Assembly (NCBI GenBank): GCA_051891395.1
Contig: JBJFFC010000003.1
Location: 40,300 to 104,299, forward strand
Direction: 5' to 3'
Origin: Clostridia bacterium
GTDB lineage: Bacteria; Bacillota; Clostridia; TANB77; CAG-508
Length of the DNA stretch: 64,000 bases
Shown here: one piece after another, positions 36,231 through 46,657 of the stretch
Position numbering within the stretch: the stretch's first letter is position 1
Layout of the letters: every line of letters begins with the position of its first letter
Made by a program: the position numbers and the translations under genes
The notes under the pieces: model-generated
Databases searched by the model: none
What the model was told of the DNA's origin: nothing
What the model saw: only the letters and a program-made list of their open reading frames with translations

Positions 36231-37160
36231 TTAATCCTCCTCTATATATTTTTCTAAACTTTCCAAATCATTAATATTATATATTTTTGCCTCTTTGTTA
36301 TCTTTTTTTATGAATCCTGTTAATGTTTTTCCAGGTCCTATTTCAACATATTCATCTACATTTTCATCTTTCATTAATTGAATAGCTCTATCAAATCTTA
36401 CAGGACTTATAATATGTCTTGCTAAAATATCTTTTATATTGTCTTTTTCAGAATAATAGCTTCCATCAATGTTTTTGATTACTTTTACTTTTCCTTTACT
36501 AAAACTTTTACTCTCTAACTCTTTTTTATAAGCTTCTTTTGCCTTTTCTAGTTTTATCGTATGAAAAGGTCCACTTGTTTTTAATGGTACTACTCTTCTT
36601 GCTCCTGCTTCTTTTAGTTTTTCCATCGCTTCTTGAATTCCATTATTATTTCCTGAAATTACAGTTTGCACACTACAATTATAATTTGCTGGTACAACAA
36701 AGTTACCTTTTTCACTTATTTCACAGCAAATTTCTTCTATTCTTTTAGAATCCAAACCTATTACTGCCGCCATAGAAAATTCTTCATCTGGTAATAAATT
36801 TCCCATGTAATATCCTCTTTTTTTAATTAATCTAATTCCATCTTCAAAACTGATTATTCCAGAATAAATAAGAGCTACATATTCTCCCAAACTTAATCCT
36901 ACTGCAATTTCAGCATCAATTCCTTTTTCTTTTAAAACTTCTAACATCGCTAAACTAGTAGTAAGTATTGCAATTTGTGTATTTTCTGTCTCATTTAATT
37001 TATCTTCTGGCCCTTCAAAACATAATTTCTTTACATCGACTCCAGATACTTCCTCTGCTTTATCATAAATTTTTCTCGCCTCTTCGTATTTTTCGTAAAT
37101 ATCCTTTCCCATTCCAACTGTTTGTGCTCCTTGTCCTGGAAATAAAAATGCTCTTTTCAT
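36231..37160 (-). CDS. fabD: Malonyl CoA-ACP transacylase
   Basis: FLFPGQGAQ and GLSLGEY motifs; start set at MKRAFLF (the ORF-track extension reads through a palindromic element). Confidence 0.9.
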   Translation of the reverse strand: MKRAFLFPGQGAQTVGMGKDIYEKYEEARKIYDKAEEVSGVDVKKLCFEGPEDKLNETENTQIAILTTSLAMLEVLKEKGIDAEIAVGLSLGEYVALIYSGIISFEDGIRLIKKRGYYMGNLLPDEEFSMAAVIGLDSKRIEEICCEISEKGNFVVPANYNCSVQTVISGNNNGIQEAMEKLKEAGARRVVPLKTSGPFHTIKLEKAKEAYKKELESKSFSKGKVKVIKNIDGSYYSEKDNIKDILARHIISPVRFDRAIQLMKDENVDEYVEIGPGKTLTGFIKKDNKEAKIYNINDLESLEKYIEED

Positions 37161-37194
37161 ATAAATTTCATTCCTTTCTCTTAAAACTAGTCTA

Positions 37195-37318
37195 GTTTGG
37201 AAAAGAATTGTTATTTGGCTAGGCGCACAAGTTTTCAATTTATGAGGCGTACTTATAGTACGTTGATTAAATTGAAAACGAAGTGCAACAACGCCAAATG
37301 GCAATTATTTTTCAAACT
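37195..37318. repeat. Unique ~124-nt imperfect palindrome between fabH and fabD
   Basis: gtttggaaaagaattgttatttggc...gttttcaattta pairs with taaattgaaaac...gccaaatggcaattatttttcaaac. Confidence 0.7.
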
Positions 37319-37326
37319 CCTTCTTT

Positions 37327-38253
37327 TTAAATTTCTAACAATATACTTCCTGTATTCAATCCCCCACCATATCCAAGCAAGATTATTTTGTCTCCTTCTT
37401 TTAGTAATCCTTTTTCTTGCATTTCTGAAATTGCAATTGGTATACTTGCACAAAATGTATTTCCTTTTGTTTCTATATTCATATACATCTTCTCTGTACT
37501 TATATTTAGCCTACCTGAAATTGCCTTCATTATTTTCTTATTGGATTGGTGTGGTACAATATATTTTATATTTTCAATTGTTTCATTTGCTTTCATTAGC
37601 AATTCTTTTACATTCTCTACTGTTTTCGTAACTGCATATTTATATATTTCTTTTCCTTCCATATAAATCTTTTGATTTGTCTTAATTTTAAGTATTTCAT
37701 TATTATAACTATCTGACTTTATATTCGAAAAATATTTTTTGTCTTCTTTTGTCCCCTCAATTAGTATTGCTCCCGCACCATCTGATAAAACTACCTTTGT
37801 TCCAATATCTTTTGAATCAATATATTTTGAAAGTATATCCACACCAATAATCAAGGCTTTTTTTACTTTTCCCATCACTATATACATTCTAGCAATATCC
37901 AAACTATTGATATATCCACTACATCCAGCTAATATATCTAAGCATATACAAGGTCCTATTCCTAGTCTCTTCTGAACTTCATTGGCTATTCCAGGCATTA
38001 AATAATCACTTGATGTTGTAGCTACTATAATTAAACCGATATCATTTTTAGATATACCATCTTTGAATACTTTTTTACTAGATTCCTCGGCCATTTCTAT
38101 CATTGTTTCATTTTCTATATAATATCTTTCTTTTATACCTGTTCTTTTATATATATATCCACTTTCTAAGTTTAATTCTTTTTCAATCTCCTCATTTAAA
38201 ATCTTTCTGTTAGGCAAATATTTACCGCTTTTTATGATTCTTATGTAATTCAT
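37327..38253 (-). CDS. fabH: 3-oxoacyl-ACP synthase III
   Basis: LAGCSGY active-site Cys, HQSN, GNTFCASIP motifs; 308 aa. Confidence 0.95.
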   Translation of the reverse strand: MNYIRIIKSGKYLPNRKILNEEIEKELNLESGYIYKRTGIKERYYIENETMIEMAEESSKKVFKDGISKNDIGLIIVATTSSDYLMPGIANEVQKRLGIGPCICLDILAGCSGYINSLDIARMYIVMGKVKKALIIGVDILSKYIDSKDIGTKVVLSDGAGAILIEGTKEDKKYFSNIKSDSYNNEILKIKTNQKIYMEGKEIYKYAVTKTVENVKELLMKANETIENIKYIVPHQSNKKIMKAISGRLNISTEKMYMNIETKGNTFCASIPIAISEMQEKGLLKEGDKIILLGYGGGLNTGSILLEI

Positions 38254-38304
38254 AAAATTCCTTCCTTTTTTATTTTTCTTTTTATTTATATACTATTTTT
38301 ATTA

Positions 38305-38331
38305 TTTTTTCTATTAGTATGAGTGGTCAAA
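38305..38331 (-). promoter_or_regulatory. Conserved fab-cluster motif, copy 2 (candidate operator/promoter element upstream of fabH)
   Basis: Minus-sense TTTGACCACTCATACTAATAGAAAAAAT, 52-78 nt upstream of the fabH ATG and immediately after the preceding terminator. Confidence 0.45.
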
Positions 38332-38365
38332 AAAAGACGAAATACTATTTCTAGTTTTTCGTCTT
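38329..38365 (-). terminator. Intrinsic terminator after the WG-repeat gene
   Basis: aagacgaaa / tttcgtctt hairpin followed by T7 on the minus strand. Confidence 0.65.
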
Positions 38366-38395
38366 TTTTATATTGTAGGAATTTTCTTCCTATTA

Positions 38396-39916
38396 TTATT
38401 CCTCATCATTTTGTTGTTCTTCATTGTTTTCTTGTTGATTCTCATTATTATCCTGCTGTTCTTCATTGCTTTGTTGTTCTTGTCTATTTGTTGTATTTTC
38501 TGTCGATTGATTATTATTAGAATTGCTTGATGTGTTTGTGTTACTTAATGTATTATTCTTGGTATTGGTTGTTCCACTAGTAGTAGTTATTCCAATTCTA
38601 TCTAAATATTCCTTCGCATCCATTTTTCCATTGTTAGCTGTTATATAATAATATTTTTCCCCTCCACTAATTGTCATGTAGATATCGTCTGCCACTGCTG
38701 CTGCAAATAATTCTTCTCCTGATGAACTCAATAAAGTATATTTTCTATTTTGACAAGCTACAAGTACATTATAGTCTGGTATTACTAATAAATTTAACGC
38801 TTCTTTATTACTTGAAGCAATATATCCAAAGCTATCATATTTAAAATCTACTACTTGATTTCCATTTTTATCATATAATCCCCAATAGTTGTTTTTTCTT
38901 ACTGGTATTAAATTTCCTGCTAATATATATTTACTTTTTATATTATTTTCTTCAAATTTTGAAATATCCATTCCTATTTCATCATTTTCAATATATATTT
39001 TAACATTTCCTTTTAAATCCAAGACACCATATTTATTATCTTTTTTCGTAACATACAATCCTGCATCACTATCCATTAATTCAATCGAATCATACATAAT
39101 TTGTATTTTAGTTTCTCCGCTTCCTGTCATAATTCCTACTTTTTTATTATTTTGTACTAAGAAATTTTGAGTTTTTCCATCAATCAAATTAGGAAGATAG
39201 GTAATATTATCATATTTTGCTTCTAATATTGCTTTACCATCTACACTAATCACACCATATTTTCCATTTTTTTCTACTACTAACATATCTTGTAGTACTG
39301 CTTTTTGGTTTGCAAACACAGAACTAATACTAGTATATCCATAATCTAGTACTTTGCTTGAGTAAACTTGTATTAAGTAAGGCATTGTTAATATCGTTAT
39401 TCTATTTTTATCTTGTTCATATTGAAAACTTATGTTAAATGCTTTTTCTATCATATCAGTGCTTGCATATAATACTCCACCTTTTGCTATAACTGGATTT
39501 TTTGTATATACATATTCATAATTTTCAGTAGATTTTGTTAAATCTAATATATATATTTTATTAGAATTCAGAGTAAAATTTACAACCTCATTTTCGTTTT
39601 GAATATAACATTTACTTGCATTTTCCGACTTTTCCGTATATTCCCCATTGTAACTTTCATATCCAAAGTAACTTGCAATTTCTTTGATAGGAACATATAT
39701 TGTTCCATCTTCTTCTATCATTAATGCTTCTTTTAATTTATCATTAGGTTGTCCATCCAAATATAATTTTAAAGTATTGCTTTGTACATACATTATATAT
39801 GCTACTATTGAAATAATGGCTACTAATAATATAATAATTACACTTAGTATAATTGTGGTCGTCATTTTTTTCTTTTTTTCTTCTTTTTCTTGAAAACCTT
39901 CTTCTATTAAATTCAT
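38396..39916 (-). CDS. Membrane-anchored WG-repeat protein with N/Q/E-rich tail
   Basis: 506 aa; TM anchor, stalk-like DGTIYVPIKEIASYFGY segment, repeated units KNGKYGVISVDGKAIL, KDNKYGVLDLKGNV, NNYWGLYDKNGNQVV; low-complexity C-terminus. Confidence 0.65.
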   Translation of the reverse strand: MNLIEEGFQEKEEKKKKMTTTIILSVIIILLVAIISIVAYIMYVQSNTLKLYLDGQPNDKLKEALMIEEDGTIYVPIKEIASYFGYESYNGEYTEKSENASKCYIQNENEVVNFTLNSNKIYILDLTKSTENYEYVYTKNPVIAKGGVLYASTDMIEKAFNISFQYEQDKNRITILTMPYLIQVYSSKVLDYGYTSISSVFANQKAVLQDMLVVEKNGKYGVISVDGKAILEAKYDNITYLPNLIDGKTQNFLVQNNKKVGIMTGSGETKIQIMYDSIELMDSDAGLYVTKKDNKYGVLDLKGNVKIYIENDEIGMDISKFEENNIKSKYILAGNLIPVRKNNYWGLYDKNGNQVVDFKYDSFGYIASSNKEALNLLVIPDYNVLVACQNRKYTLLSSSGEELFAAAVADDIYMTISGGEKYYYITANNGKMDAKEYLDRIGITTTSGTTNTKNNTLSNTNTSSNSNNNQSTENTTNRQEQQSNEEQQDNNENQQENNEEQQNDEE

Positions 39917-39931
39917 TTGTACACCTCTCCT

Positions 39932-41098
<1,167 letters not shown>

Positions 41099-41165
41099 TT
41101 AATAAGTATACAACCTCTCTTTGTTTGGTTGCATAAGTTATCTCTACGTCACTTCGTTCCAAGAG

Positions 41166-42209
41166 CTAACTTATAAACATAGCATCTCCAAAACTAAAAA
41201 ATCTATATTTTTCTTTTACAGCTTCTTCATACGCACTCATGATATAATCTTTTCCTGCTAATGCTGATACAAGCATTAATAGGGTAGATTGAGGTAAATG
41301 GAAATTTGTAATTAGTCCATCCAAACATTTAAATTGATAACCTGGATAAATAAATATTTGCGTATCTCCTTCTGTTTCTTTTACCATACCATTTTCATCT
41401 GCAATCGTCTCTAACACTCTACAAGAGGTCGTCCCTACTGCAATTACTCTTTTTCCATTTCTTTTAGCATTATTTATTTTGTCTACATCTTCTTGTTTAA
41501 TATAATAATGTTCTGAATGCATTTCATGAGCTTCTACTGTATCTTCTTTTACTGGTCTGAAGGTTCCAATCCCAACATGTAAAGTTACATTGGCTATCAC
41601 AATTCCTTTTTCTTCTAATTCTTGTAATAGCTCTGGTGTAAAGTGTAATCCTGCTGTTGGTGCTGCTGCTGAACCATTGTATTTAGCATATACCGTTTGA
41701 TATCTATCTTTTTGTTTTAATTCTTCATGGATATATGGTGGAAGTGGCATCAAGCCTATTTTATCTAAGATTTCATTAAATATTCCATCATAATGAAATT
41801 CTACTTTTCTAGTTCCTCCTGGCATAACATCTAGTATTTGTGCTTTTAATAGTCCCTCTCCAAAAATTACCTTAGTTCCAACATGAAGTTTATTTCCTGG
41901 TCTAACAATACATTCCCAAATATCTCCTTCTATGTTATTTAGGAGTAAAAATTCAACATTAGCACCAGTTTCTTTTTTTCCATATAATCTTGCTGGTATT
42001 ACTTTTGTATTGTTTCTAACTAGCACATCACCTGGCTCTAAATAGTCTATTATATCTTTAAAGGTTTTGTGTTCTATCGTTTGTTTTTCCTTGTTTAATA
42101 CCATTAGTTTTGATTCATCTCGTTTTTTAATTGGTGTTTGCGCAATTAATTCTTCTGGTAATTCATAATTAAATTCTGATACTTTCAACTTTTCTCTTCC
42201 CTTCTTCAT
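41166..42209 (-). CDS. queA: S-adenosylmethionine:tRNA ribosyltransferase-isomerase
   Basis: [18 protein letters not shown] and [11 protein letters not shown]; a TTG start at 42188 (LKVSEF) is an alternative. Confidence 0.9.
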   Translation of the reverse strand: MKKGREKLKVSEFNYELPEELIAQTPIKKRDESKLMVLNKEKQTIEHKTFKDIIDYLEPGDVLVRNNTKVIPARLYGKKETGANVEFLLLNNIEGDIWECIVRPGNKLHVGTKVIFGEGLLKAQILDVMPGGTRKVEFHYDGIFNEILDKIGLMPLPPYIHEELKQKDRYQTVYAKYNGSAAAPTAGLHFTPELLQELEEKGIVIANVTLHVGIGTFRPVKEDTVEAHEMHSEHYYIKQEDVDKINNAKRNGKRVIAVGTTSCRVLETIADENGMVKETEGDTQIFIYPGYQFKCLDGLITNFHLPQSTLLMLVSALAGKDYIMSAYEEAVKEKYRFFSFGDAMFIS

Positions 42210-42218
42210 TTATTAATT

Positions 42219-42271
42219 CGACGTTTTTCGACTTTTTTATGAGACATTTAACCACTGTCCCTGTTGTGTCA
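42219..42271. repeat. Family A element, degenerate right half
   Basis: cgacgtttttcgacttttttatgagacatttaaccactgtccctgttgtgtca aligns with the right half of the 118-bp element. Confidence 0.6.
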
Positions 42272-42713
42272 TCCTATTAATTAGATTTGTAAATATCTCT
42301 CTTATTTCTTCTACTATATTTTCTGGTTGTTTAAATACTTCTATTTTGTAAGAATTTTCAAAGTCATTGCTTTTTGCTGGTTTTAATGTATAAATTTCTT
42401 CTGGTAGTCCAATATTTCCTGAGGTGGTTTTTATCTCTTTATTCATATAATCTGTATACCATTTCTTTTGTCCTACTAGAGCTTCGTTTTGGTATCCATA
42501 TTCTTGGTAAGCATGTAACTCTGGTATATCATATCCATATTCTTTGGCGTTTCTTTCTAAAGAATGTAAAAATTCATGTAAAAATACTTCTTCTGGAAAT
42601 TGGTTAATACGTGTATTATATTTATAAATATAACTTTTGGAGTCGTTTGGGAGTCTTATATTTGAAAAACCGATTCCGTAATAATCCATAGAACCGAAGC
42701 CCAATCCAGTCAT
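42237..42713 (-). CDS. HExxH metallopeptidase-like domain (C-terminal fragment of a split gene)
   Basis: HEFLHSLE zinc-binding motif; last 11 codons lie in repeat-derived sequence; no RBS; upstream ORF ends 27 nt away in another frame. Confidence 0.55.
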   Translation of the reverse strand: MTGLGFGSMDYYGIGFSNIRLPNDSKSYIYKYNTRINQFPEEVFLHEFLHSLERNAKEYGYDIPELHAYQEYGYQNEALVGQKKWYTDYMNKEIKTTSGNIGLPEEIYTLKPAKSNDFENSYKIEVFKQPENIVEEIREIFTNLINRMTQQGQWLNVS

Positions 42714-42739
42714 TTACTTCTATATCATTTTCATGTTCA

Positions 42740-43615
42740 TTATCTCCGTAATCTTACGATTGCAAAAATATGATCATAATCACTATTTGAAATCGTATCT
42801 TTTATTTGTGTTTCAATATTTTCAGGCGCAACATAATATCCAAATTCATCATCATATGATAATTCACTTAGTGGTGTATCGATTTCATAAATATCACATT
42901 TAGCAGTCATTTTATTTTTAGATAAGCTTTGACACGATGATGAAAATCTTTTTATGGTATCTTTTATATCTTTTGTATCACTAGCTGTAACTTCTAATTT
43001 TACTTCATTCCCATCTAACTTAACATCTGTTGTTTTAAAAATAAAACAGGCAAACTTCCACTCATTATTTTTTTCTTCTGTTCCTTCTTCTAATTTAAAA
43101 TCAGAAAACCATGCTTTCCCTTTTGCTGCTCCTAAATATCCGCCTAATCTAAATCCTATATTTACCGTTTCTCTATCTTTTGAATTAAAAATCAATTCTA
43201 TTTGTTGCCAATCATTACTTCCTTGTATTGCAATCGATCTTTCTGTTGTTCCTTCAATTGAAATTTGTGCTCCTATTCCAGATTGCTCATCTTGTGCCAG
43301 TACATTTTCCGTTTTTACCATGCATGTTACCTTATATGGCTGATTTCTTTCTACTTTTACCTCTTTATAAAACATGGCATCATTATACTCATCTGAAGAT
43401 ATTCTATAACTTCTTTTTTCTGAATATTTTATTTCGTCATCTCGTTTAAATTCTGATGTATATAGGTTTTCTTCGCATCTAACAAAATCATTAAAATTAT
43501 TAGATTGATAATATTGATATGCAAAATATAATAATATGCATAAAATTATCAAGGTAATAAAATATGTAATTTTTCCTGATGTTGTTTTGCTTTTATTCAT
43601 AAATATTTTCTCCAT
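42740..43615 (-). CDS. Membrane-anchored beta-sandwich-like protein (N-terminal fragment of the split metallopeptidase gene)
   Basis: 291 aa; TM anchor ITYFITLIILCILLYFAY. Reading continues through DYGDNEHENDIEVNDW in a third frame into the 42237-42713 ORF. Total span is 3n+2. Confidence 0.55.
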   Translation of the reverse strand: MEKIFMNKSKTTSGKITYFITLIILCILLYFAYQYYQSNNFNDFVRCEENLYTSEFKRDDEIKYSEKRSYRISSDEYNDAMFYKEVKVERNQPYKVTCMVKTENVLAQDEQSGIGAQISIEGTTERSIAIQGSNDWQQIELIFNSKDRETVNIGFRLGGYLGAAKGKAWFSDFKLEEGTEEKNNEWKFACFIFKTTDVKLDGNEVKLEVTASDTKDIKDTIKRFSSSCQSLSKNKMTAKCDIYEIDTPLSELSYDDEFGYYVAPENIETQIKDTISNSDYDHIFAIVRLRR

Positions 43616-43801
43616 TCTTTTGTTTCTGCATAATTAATTATATATGATTTTTTTATATTTATAAAGGGGTTTGTTAAATTTTTTATATAATAGAAAAAAC
43701 AAGTTACACTTTACAGCCAATTTATACTTAAGAAAAAAATAAAAAGTAAGGAACTTTTCTTTACTTTTTATTTTTTCTATTATGAAATTTGCCTCTTTTT
43801 T

Positions 43802-45928
43802 CTATTCTTCCACTTCTTCATTTTTATCAGCTAAGTCCTTCATAGTAAGATTAATTCTTCCTTGATCATCAATTTCAATTACTTTAACCGTAACTTTATC
43901 CCCAACATGAAGAACATCTTCAACATTTTTAATCCTTTCTTTTGATATTTTAGAAATATGAAGTAGTCCTTCTTTTCCTGCACATCCTAAATCAACAAAT
44001 GCTCCAAAATTCATAATTCTTACTACTTCTCCATAGTAAATTCCGCCAACTTCTACTTCTCTTACGATATCTTCTATCATCTCTAAAGCTTGTTCAGCTT
44101 TTTCATTATCTGTTGAATAGATAAACACTTGTCCATCTTCTTCAATATCAATTTTCACTCCTGTTTCATCTATGATTTTGTTTATCATTTTTCCACCAGG
44201 TCCGATTACATCTTTAATTTTTTCTACTTTGATCGTTGTACTTACAATTCTTGGTGCATATTCAGAAACCTCTTTTCTTGGTTCTGAAATAACTGGCATC
44301 ATAACATCATCTAATATATGTTTTCTTGCTTTTCTTGTTCTTTCAAATGCTTCTGCTATTATTTCATAGGTCAAACCATCACATTTAATATCTACTTGAA
44401 TCGCTGTAATTCCTTTTTCAGTTCCACCAACTTTAAAGTCCATATCTCCAAAGAAGTCTTCTAAACCTTGGATATCTACTAACATTACGTAATCTTCATC
44501 ATTATCTGGATTTGTAACTAAACCTGTTGAAATACCTGCAACTGGTCTTTTAATTGGTACACCAGCATCCATTAGTGATAAGGTGCTTCCACAGATACTT
44601 GCTTGTGAAGTAGAACCATTAGAAGATAATACTTCTGATACCACTCTAATAGCATATGGGAATTCTTCTTTTGAAGGCAATACAGGAACTAATGCTTTTT
44701 CGGCTAAAGCTCCATGTCCAATCTCTCTTCTTCCTGGTCCTCTAGATGGTCTTGCTTCTCCTACTGAGTAACTTGGGAAGTTGTAGTGATGCATATATCT
44801 TTTTGATTCTTCCGTATCAATTCCATCCAATACTTGCTCTTCACTTATCATACCTAACGTTGCAATTGACATTACCTGAGTTTGTCCTCTTGTAAATAAG
44901 GCACTACCATGAACTCTTGGAAGTAATCCAACTTCACATGATAATGGTCTTATTTCATCTAAAGCTCTTCCATCAACCCTCTTATGTTCTACAAAGATCA
45001 TTTCTCTTACACATTTTTTCTCTAATTTGTAAATCGCCTCTCCTAAATCTCCCTTATGTTCTTCAAAAGCTTCTTCTCCAAATTTTTCTGTGTAGGTTTC
45101 TTCAATTTTATTGGTCAATTCATCAATATTATTGTCTCTTGTTTCTTTGTCAGCTTCTTGTACTTTTTCTTTCATTTCGTCTTTGAAATTTGACTCAACA
45201 AATTCATATACATCATGATCAACTTCAAAAGATTTATATTCGAATTTTGGTTTTCCTATTTCTTTTTGAATATTGCTAATAAATTCACATACTTTTTTGA
45301 TTTCTTTATGAGCTTCTTTAATTGCTTCTAACATTGTGTCATCTGGAACTTCATTTGCACCTGCTTCAATCATAGTAATTTTCTTTTCAGTTGCTGCTAC
45401 TGTTAAGGTTAGATCACTTTTTTCTCTTTGTTCCTCTGTTGGATTGATGATGATTTTTCCATCAACTAGTCCAACATTTACTGCAGCTGTTGGTCCATTA
45501 AAAGGAATATCAGAAATTGATAGTGCTGCTGATGCTCCTATCATGGCTGCTACTTCTGGTGAATTGTCTTGTTCTACACAAAGTACAGTTGCAACAACTA
45601 CAACATCATTTCTAAAATCTTTTGGGAATAGTGGTCTTAGCGGTCTATCAATTGCTCTTGATGTTAAAATTGCTTTATCACTTGGCTTTCCTTCTCTTTT
45701 TAAAAATCCTCCTGGTATTTTTCCTACGGAATATAATTTTTCTTCAAAATCTACAGATAATGGGAAGAAATCTATTCCATCCCTTGGTTCTTTAGAAGCT
45801 GTTACATTGACTAATACGCAGGTATCTCCATAACGTACTAACACACTTCCATTGGCTAATCCTGCCATTTTACCTGTCTCTATTACAAGTTTTCTTCCTG
45901 CTAATTCTGTTTCATAAGTTTTAAACAT
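43802..45928 (-). CDS. pnp: Polyribonucleotide nucleotidyltransferase
   Basis: 708 aa; two RNase PH domains, KH (GPGGKMINKI) and S1 domain (GEVVRIMNFGAFVDL). Confidence 0.97.
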   Translation of the reverse strand: MFKTYETELAGRKLVIETGKMAGLANGSVLVRYGDTCVLVNVTASKEPRDGIDFFPLSVDFEEKLYSVGKIPGGFLKREGKPSDKAILTSRAIDRPLRPLFPKDFRNDVVVVATVLCVEQDNSPEVAAMIGASAALSISDIPFNGPTAAVNVGLVDGKIIINPTEEQREKSDLTLTVAATEKKITMIEAGANEVPDDTMLEAIKEAHKEIKKVCEFISNIQKEIGKPKFEYKSFEVDHDVYEFVESNFKDEMKEKVQEADKETRDNNIDELTNKIEETYTEKFGEEAFEEHKGDLGEAIYKLEKKCVREMIFVEHKRVDGRALDEIRPLSCEVGLLPRVHGSALFTRGQTQVMSIATLGMISEEQVLDGIDTEESKRYMHHYNFPSYSVGEARPSRGPGRREIGHGALAEKALVPVLPSKEEFPYAIRVVSEVLSSNGSTSQASICGSTLSLMDAGVPIKRPVAGISTGLVTNPDNDEDYVMLVDIQGLEDFFGDMDFKVGGTEKGITAIQVDIKCDGLTYEIIAEAFERTRKARKHILDDVMMPVISEPRKEVSEYAPRIVSTTIKVEKIKDVIGPGGKMINKIIDETGVKIDIEEDGQVFIYSTDNEKAEQALEMIEDIVREVEVGGIYYGEVVRIMNFGAFVDLGCAGKEGLLHISKISKERIKNVEDVLHVGDKVTVKVIEIDDQGRINLTMKDLADKNEEVEE

Positions 45929-46183
45929 ATTTTTTCTCCTTTCTCAATGATACTAATTGTTTTTTACATTTTATAGTATCTATATGCAAATAAAACCTTG
46001 TTACTTGCATTTCAAATATTTTTTGCACCTTTTCTGCCAAGCAAATTTAGATGGTAACCTCTATAATGCATTAAAGCTTATTCATTAATACATTATACAA
46101 GCTACTTACCTAAATTTCTTACTTGACATTTTTTTTACTCATTTTTATATCAAAAAAGCATTTTTCTATTCTTAACTTTTCTT

Positions 46184-46221
46184 GATAAAAGCCCGTGCTA
46201 AAATAAGCATAGGCTTTTATC
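46184..46221 (-). terminator. rpsO-pnp intergenic hairpin (attenuator/terminator-like)
   Basis: gataaaagcc / ggcttttatc 10-bp stem just downstream of rpsO; no clean T run. Confidence 0.4.
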
Positions 46222-46228
46222 AGTAAAT

Positions 46229-46492
46229 TTATTTTCTTAATCCTAATTTTTCAACAATTTCTCTATATCTGTTAATGTCTTTTTTAGCTAAATAGTTTAA
46301 TAAATTTCTTCTTTTACCAACCATTTTTAAAAGACCACGTCTTGAGTGATTGTCTTTTTTATGAACTTTTAAGTGTTCTGTTAATTCGTTGATTCTCTCT
46401 GTTAAAAGAGCAATTTGAACTTCTGGTGAACCAGTATCTTTTTCATCTCTTTTATATGTGTTAATAACTTCTTGCTTTCTTTCCTTTGTCAT
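46229..46492 (-). CDS. rpsO: 30S ribosomal protein S15
   Basis: 87 aa; [36 protein letters not shown]. Confidence 0.97.
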   Translation of the reverse strand: MTKERKQEVINTYKRDEKDTGSPEVQIALLTERINELTEHLKVHKKDNHSRRGLLKMVGKRRNLLNYLAKKDINRYREIVEKLGLRK

Positions 46493-46657
46493 TTTTTACA
46501 CCTCCTAATTTCTTTTTTGCCTTTAACTGAGCCTAAAGTTTAAGGTGCTTAAGCTTTAGCTAAGTAAAAGGTATGTCTTTTTTGACATACCTATTGTACT
46601 ATATTTTGGAATAAATTTCAAGTGTTTTTTTATATTTGCTATGTTTTTTTGAATTTT

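Noticed and set aside
45336-45833. 165-aa plus-strand ORF, and many similar 60-130 aa ORFs in the track (e.g. 248-550, 4533-4862, 34644-34973, 42954-43343, 57903-58199)
   Set aside because: All lie antisense to, or out of frame within, long ORFs with clear conserved motifs. Their compositions are low-complexity S/F/L/I-rich, as expected from AT-rich shadow frames, and none has an RBS.
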